NCBI RefSeq assembly: GCF_036321535.1
Contig: NC_087437.1
Coordinates: 47,990,001 to 48,054,000, forward strand
Direction: 5' to 3'
From: Camelus dromedarius
Taxonomy: Eukaryota
Length of the DNA stretch: 64,000 bases
Below are positions 63,991 through 64,000 of the stretch, in pieces; positions within the stretch are counted from its first letter, which is position 1; each line of letters opens with the position of its first letter. The notes below the pieces were generated by a model. That model was not told where the DNA came from and did not search any database. It saw only the letters and a program-made list of their open reading frames with translations. The translations under genes were made by a program, and so were the position numbers.

Positions 63991-64000
63991 ATTTTATGAA

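Noticed and set aside
21875..64000. Upstream PEX5L exon (ARLTKEHRWGSALLSRNHSLEEEFERAKAAVE)
   Set aside because: Searched by eye and not found. It presumably lies beyond the window end.

Overview
This is mammalian genomic DNA, most likely camelid, inferred from tRNA-derived Vic-1-like SINEs and the style of the L1 3' ends. The minus strand carries the 3' part of PEX5L (TRIP8b, the TPR-containing HCN-channel auxiliary subunit). Seven coding exons, numbered 9-15 by analogy to my recollection of the human gene, splice in frame with GT-AG boundaries into 352 aa plus stop. A ~6.3 kb 3' UTR follows, ending at an AATAAA near 1818. Positions 21875-64000 are one large intron; the preceding exon is not seen in the window. 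That intron is full of transposon relics: a full-length decayed L1 with TSDs, several truncated L1s, a MER41-like solo LTR, MaLR and ERVL LTRs, hAT MITEs, MIR, L2 and L3. I found no convincing new multi-gene system. The most notable observations are a probable U12-type minor intron, an RBFOX/miRNA motif-rich 3' UTR, a MER53 hairpin retaining the miR-1302 seed, an altered STAT site in the MER41-like LTR, a clean 28-bp micro-inversion in L1 ORF1, and an L1 fragment lacking a poly(A) tail. Repeat family names come from remembered consensus sequences, not a database search, and repeat boundaries without a TSD or TIR are approximate.
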